From assembly GCA_021783515.1 (NCBI GenBank), contig JAJXTV010000010.1, positions 29,053 to 93,052 of the forward strand: 64,000 nt of DNA, read 5' to 3'. Under the pieces are notes generated by a model. It worked only from the letters and a program-made list of their open reading frames with translations. It did no database searches and was not told where the DNA came from. Shown piece by piece: positions 61,696 to 64,000 of this stretch; positions within the stretch are counted from its first letter, which is position 1, and each line of letters begins with the position of its first letter. The translations under genes were made by a program, and so were the position numbers. The stretch comes from Nitrospirota bacterium (GTDB taxonomy: Bacteria; Nitrospirota; Thermodesulfovibrionia; Thermodesulfovibrionales; UBA6898).

Positions 61696-63807
61696 ATGGC
61701 AAAAGAAAGCGTAATGCAAGACCTTAATCCACAGCAAAAAGAAGCACTCAAGCATACGGGGGGTCCGCTGCTGATACTGGCGGGCGCAGGCAGCGGCAAG
61801 ACGAAGGTAATCACCCACAAATATGCGTACTTCGTAAAGAACAACAAAACCCGCCCGGAGTCGATCCTTGCGGTTACGTTTACGAACAAGGCCGCCCGGG
61901 AGATGAAGGATCGGATACATGCGCTGCTCGGCAAGGAGCTCAAACAAAACTGGATAGGGACGCTGCACTCCCAGTGCGGCAGGATATTGCGCGCGGAGAT
62001 CAAATGCCTCGGCTATACTCCCCACTTTTCGATATACGACGAGGACGACCGCTGCAACCTCATCCGGCATATCCTGAAAGAATTCAAGATCTACGAGGCG
62101 CTCTATAAGGGCGTTTCGTCCCGTATCAATTTTCTGAAGTCTTCGCTCGTCGGGCCGGAGGACTTCCTGTCCTCGGGCGACGGCTTCGGCTTCGACGAAA
62201 AACTCGCGAAGGTCTATGTGAGGTACCAGGACGAACTGAAGCGGAGCAACGCGCTGGACTTCGACGACCTGATCATGCTGACGATCAAACTCTTCGAAAG
62301 CCGTCCGGACGTCCTGAAGAAGTACCAGACGATGTTCCCCCATATCCTCATAGACGAATTCCAGGACGTGAATTTCGCCCAGTATCAGTTCATCAGGCTG
62401 CTGGCGAAGGCGCACGGAAACATATGCGCTGTCGGAGACGACGACCAGAGCATTTACCGGTTCAAGGGGGCCGATATACGGCATATTCTCGACTTCGAAA
62501 AGGACTTCCCCGGGGCGAAGATCGTCAGGCTTGAGCGGAACTACCGGTCGACTCAGAATATCCTCGACGTCTCCAAAGCGGTGATTGAGCGGAACGCCGA
62601 CAGGCGTGAAAAGAAGCTCTGGACCGAAAAGGGCCGGGGGGAGAAGGTCCACTTCTGCTGGCTTAACAACGAAGAGGAAGAGGCTAAGCATATCGCCAAG
62701 ATCATCAAGGAGCTCTTCCTGAAGGGCGCGTTCGCCTACAGGGACATCGGCATCCTCTATCGGGTGAACCTGCAGTCGAGGGCGATTGAGGACGCGCTGC
62801 GTGAAATGGCTCTGCCCTATCGCATCGTCGGCGGCATCAGCTTTTATCAGCAGAAGGAGATCAAGGACGTCATCGCCTATGCCCGGCTGGTCCTGAATCA
62901 CGGTGATAATGTCAGCCTGAGGAGGGTCCTTAACTGCCCTCCCCGCGGCATTGGGGCAGCGACGCTTTCGAAGGTCGAAAACGAGGCCAGGAAGAAGTCG
63001 GCCTGCCTGTACGACACGTTGAAATCCTGCACGCGAAGCAACGGTATCGTTACTTCCACAAAGGACAAGATCGGCGGTTTTGTCGGCCTTATCGAGAAGC
63101 TCTCCTCCTCTTCATGTCATTCGGCGGCGGACCTGTTAAAGGCGGTGGTCGAAAAGACGGGATATGCGGACCTGCTCGACGACGAGAAACGGGAGAATAT
63201 CAACGAACTGATCGCGTCGGCGGAGGGAAAGAACATCCGGGATTTTATCGACAAGGTATCTCTTGTGACGAGCCTGGACGATGCCCAGGGGGCAACACAT
63301 ATCTCGCTTATGACTCTCCATAATGCAAAGGGCCTGGAGTTCCCGGTGGTCTTTGTGACCGGGCTCGAGGAGGGCATCCTTCCGTATTTCAAGGCCAACG
63401 GCAACGAAGACGAGGTCTCCGAGGAGCGGAGGCTTTTCTATGTCGGCATGACCCGCGCCAAAGATCTGCTCTTGCTGACGGGCGCGCGCAGGAGGAGGCT
63501 CTACTCCCGGATACAGGACCAGGAGCCGTCGAGGTTCCTCAGGGACATGCCCAAGAGTTACTGCCAATGGATCGAGAAGGTAGCGGAGCCCCATCCCTTC
63601 CGCCAGAAGAACGATCGGAAGAAGCCGGAGGCGAAGAAGGTGAAGCCCCTGTTTGCGTCCGGCTGCAGGGTGAAGCATCCGGTCTGGGGAATAGGCGTCA
63701 TACGCGACAGCTACGGTGACGGCGAAGATCAGAAGGTGATGGTCAACTTTCCCAATATCGGACTGAAGCGGCTTTCCCTGAAGCTGGCCAATCTCACGAA
63801 GATCTAG
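61696..63807 (+). CDS. pcrA: UvrD/PcrA/Rep-family ATP-dependent DNA helicase
   Basis: AGAGSGKT (Walker A), DEFQD (motif II), NYRS, and the helicase C-terminal motifs TLHNAKGLEF and VGMTRA. Confidence 0.9.
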   Translation: MAKESVMQDLNPQQKEALKHTGGPLLILAGAGSGKTKVITHKYAYFVKNNKTRPESILAVTFTNKAAREMKDRIHALLGKELKQNWIGTLHSQCGRILRAEIKCLGYTPHFSIYDEDDRCNLIRHILKEFKIYEALYKGVSSRINFLKSSLVGPEDFLSSGDGFGFDEKLAKVYVRYQDELKRSNALDFDDLIMLTIKLFESRPDVLKKYQTMFPHILIDEFQDVNFAQYQFIRLLAKAHGNICAVGDDDQSIYRFKGADIRHILDFEKDFPGAKIVRLERNYRSTQNILDVSKAVIERNADRREKKLWTEKGRGEKVHFCWLNNEEEEAKHIAKIIKELFLKGAFAYRDIGILYRVNLQSRAIEDALREMALPYRIVGGISFYQQKEIKDVIAYARLVLNHGDNVSLRRVLNCPPRGIGAATLSKVENEARKKSACLYDTLKSCTRSNGIVTSTKDKIGGFVGLIEKLSSSSCHSAADLLKAVVEKTGYADLLDDEKRENINELIASAEGKNIRDFIDKVSLVTSLDDAQGATHISLMTLHNAKGLEFPVVFVTGLEEGILPYFKANGNEDEVSEERRLFYVGMTRAKDLLLLTGARRRRLYSRIQDQEPSRFLRDMPKSYCQWIEKVAEPHPFRQKNDRKKPEAKKVKPLFASGCRVKHPVWGIGVIRDSYGDGEDQKVMVNFPNIGLKRLSLKLANLTKI

Positions 63808-63815
63808 GTCCCGCC

Positions 63816-64000
63816 ATGAAGATATCGATCGACCACATCGCGAGTCTTGCCCGATTGTCCGTCTCCGAAGAGGAAAAAAGCCTCTTCGGAGCCCAGCTCG
63901 AAAGCATCCTGAGCTACATGGACAAGCTGAACGAGCTCGATACTTCCGCCGTCGACCCCACCTCTCATGTGCTGGAGATCAGCAACGTGACGCGGGAAGA
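63816..64000 (+). CDS. gatC: Asp/Glu-tRNA amidotransferase subunit C, partial (runs off the window)
   Basis: MKISIDHIASLARLSVSEEEKSLFGAQLESILSYMDKLNELDT is the typical GatC N-terminus. Confidence 0.8.
   Translation, partial: MKISIDHIASLARLSVSEEEKSLFGAQLESILSYMDKLNELDTSAVDPTSHVLEISNVTRE

Noticed and set aside
61675-62901. 408-aa minus-strand ORF antisense to the UvrD/PcrA helicase gene
   Set aside because: Same reasoning as above. The helicase motifs are all in the plus-strand frame.
1-64000. Search for rRNA, tRNA, CRISPR arrays, integrases and transposases
   Set aside because: No intergenic region contains a cloverleaf-like tRNA signature, regularly spaced repeats or rRNA-like sequence. 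No ORF shows integrase or transposase motifs. This was checked by eye only, so a tRNAscan, Infernal or CRISPR-finder run should confirm it.

Overview
About 64 kb of GC-rich chromosomal DNA from a Gram-negative bacterium. Supporting genes include lpxC, a FadL-type outer-membrane channel, a BamD-like lipoprotein, sigma-54/NtrC regulators, many PAS histidine kinases and a hemerythrin. I cannot assign a taxon from the sequence. Most of the window is housekeeping (pepA, nadE, rsmI, trmJ, lpxC, tldD, mtnP, yebC, glmU, glmS, pcrA/uvrD, gatC) plus signalling genes. The main accessory region is a visibly AT-richer island of about 6.5 kb (about 19.1-25.7 kb) with no integrase. It carries a complete four-gene type II CBASS operon (capV, CD-NTase, cap2, cap3). 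Next to it is a tripartite toxin-antitoxin-chaperone (TAC) module: a HigB/Gp49-like toxin, an XRE antitoxin with a C-terminal extension, and a SecB-like chaperone. A classical higBA pair lies on the GC-rich side of the left island edge. The least expected observation is a 15-nt box, 13/15 identical, placed 5-6 nt after a TTGAC(T/A) hexamer upstream of both the CBASS and the TAC operons. At CBASS it forms a near-perfect 15-bp inverted repeat over the predicted promoter. This suggests the two operons share a regulator, possibly the TAC antitoxin, because no known CBASS regulator (CapW, CapH/CapP) is present. This is a hypothesis only. Other points worth a second look: a same-strand run of secreted and lipoprotein genes at 8.1-16.0 kb (two LprI/DUF1311, DUF2207, two Sel1-repeat lipoproteins, one gene with an in-frame TAA), truncated cNMP-binding and MalT-like genes, an IPTL-CTERM-like tail on a beta-helix protein, and two very small unlisted ORFs (a 42-aa Cys-rich one and a 27-aa Lys/Ala-rich one). 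I saw no rRNA, tRNA, CRISPR array or transposase.
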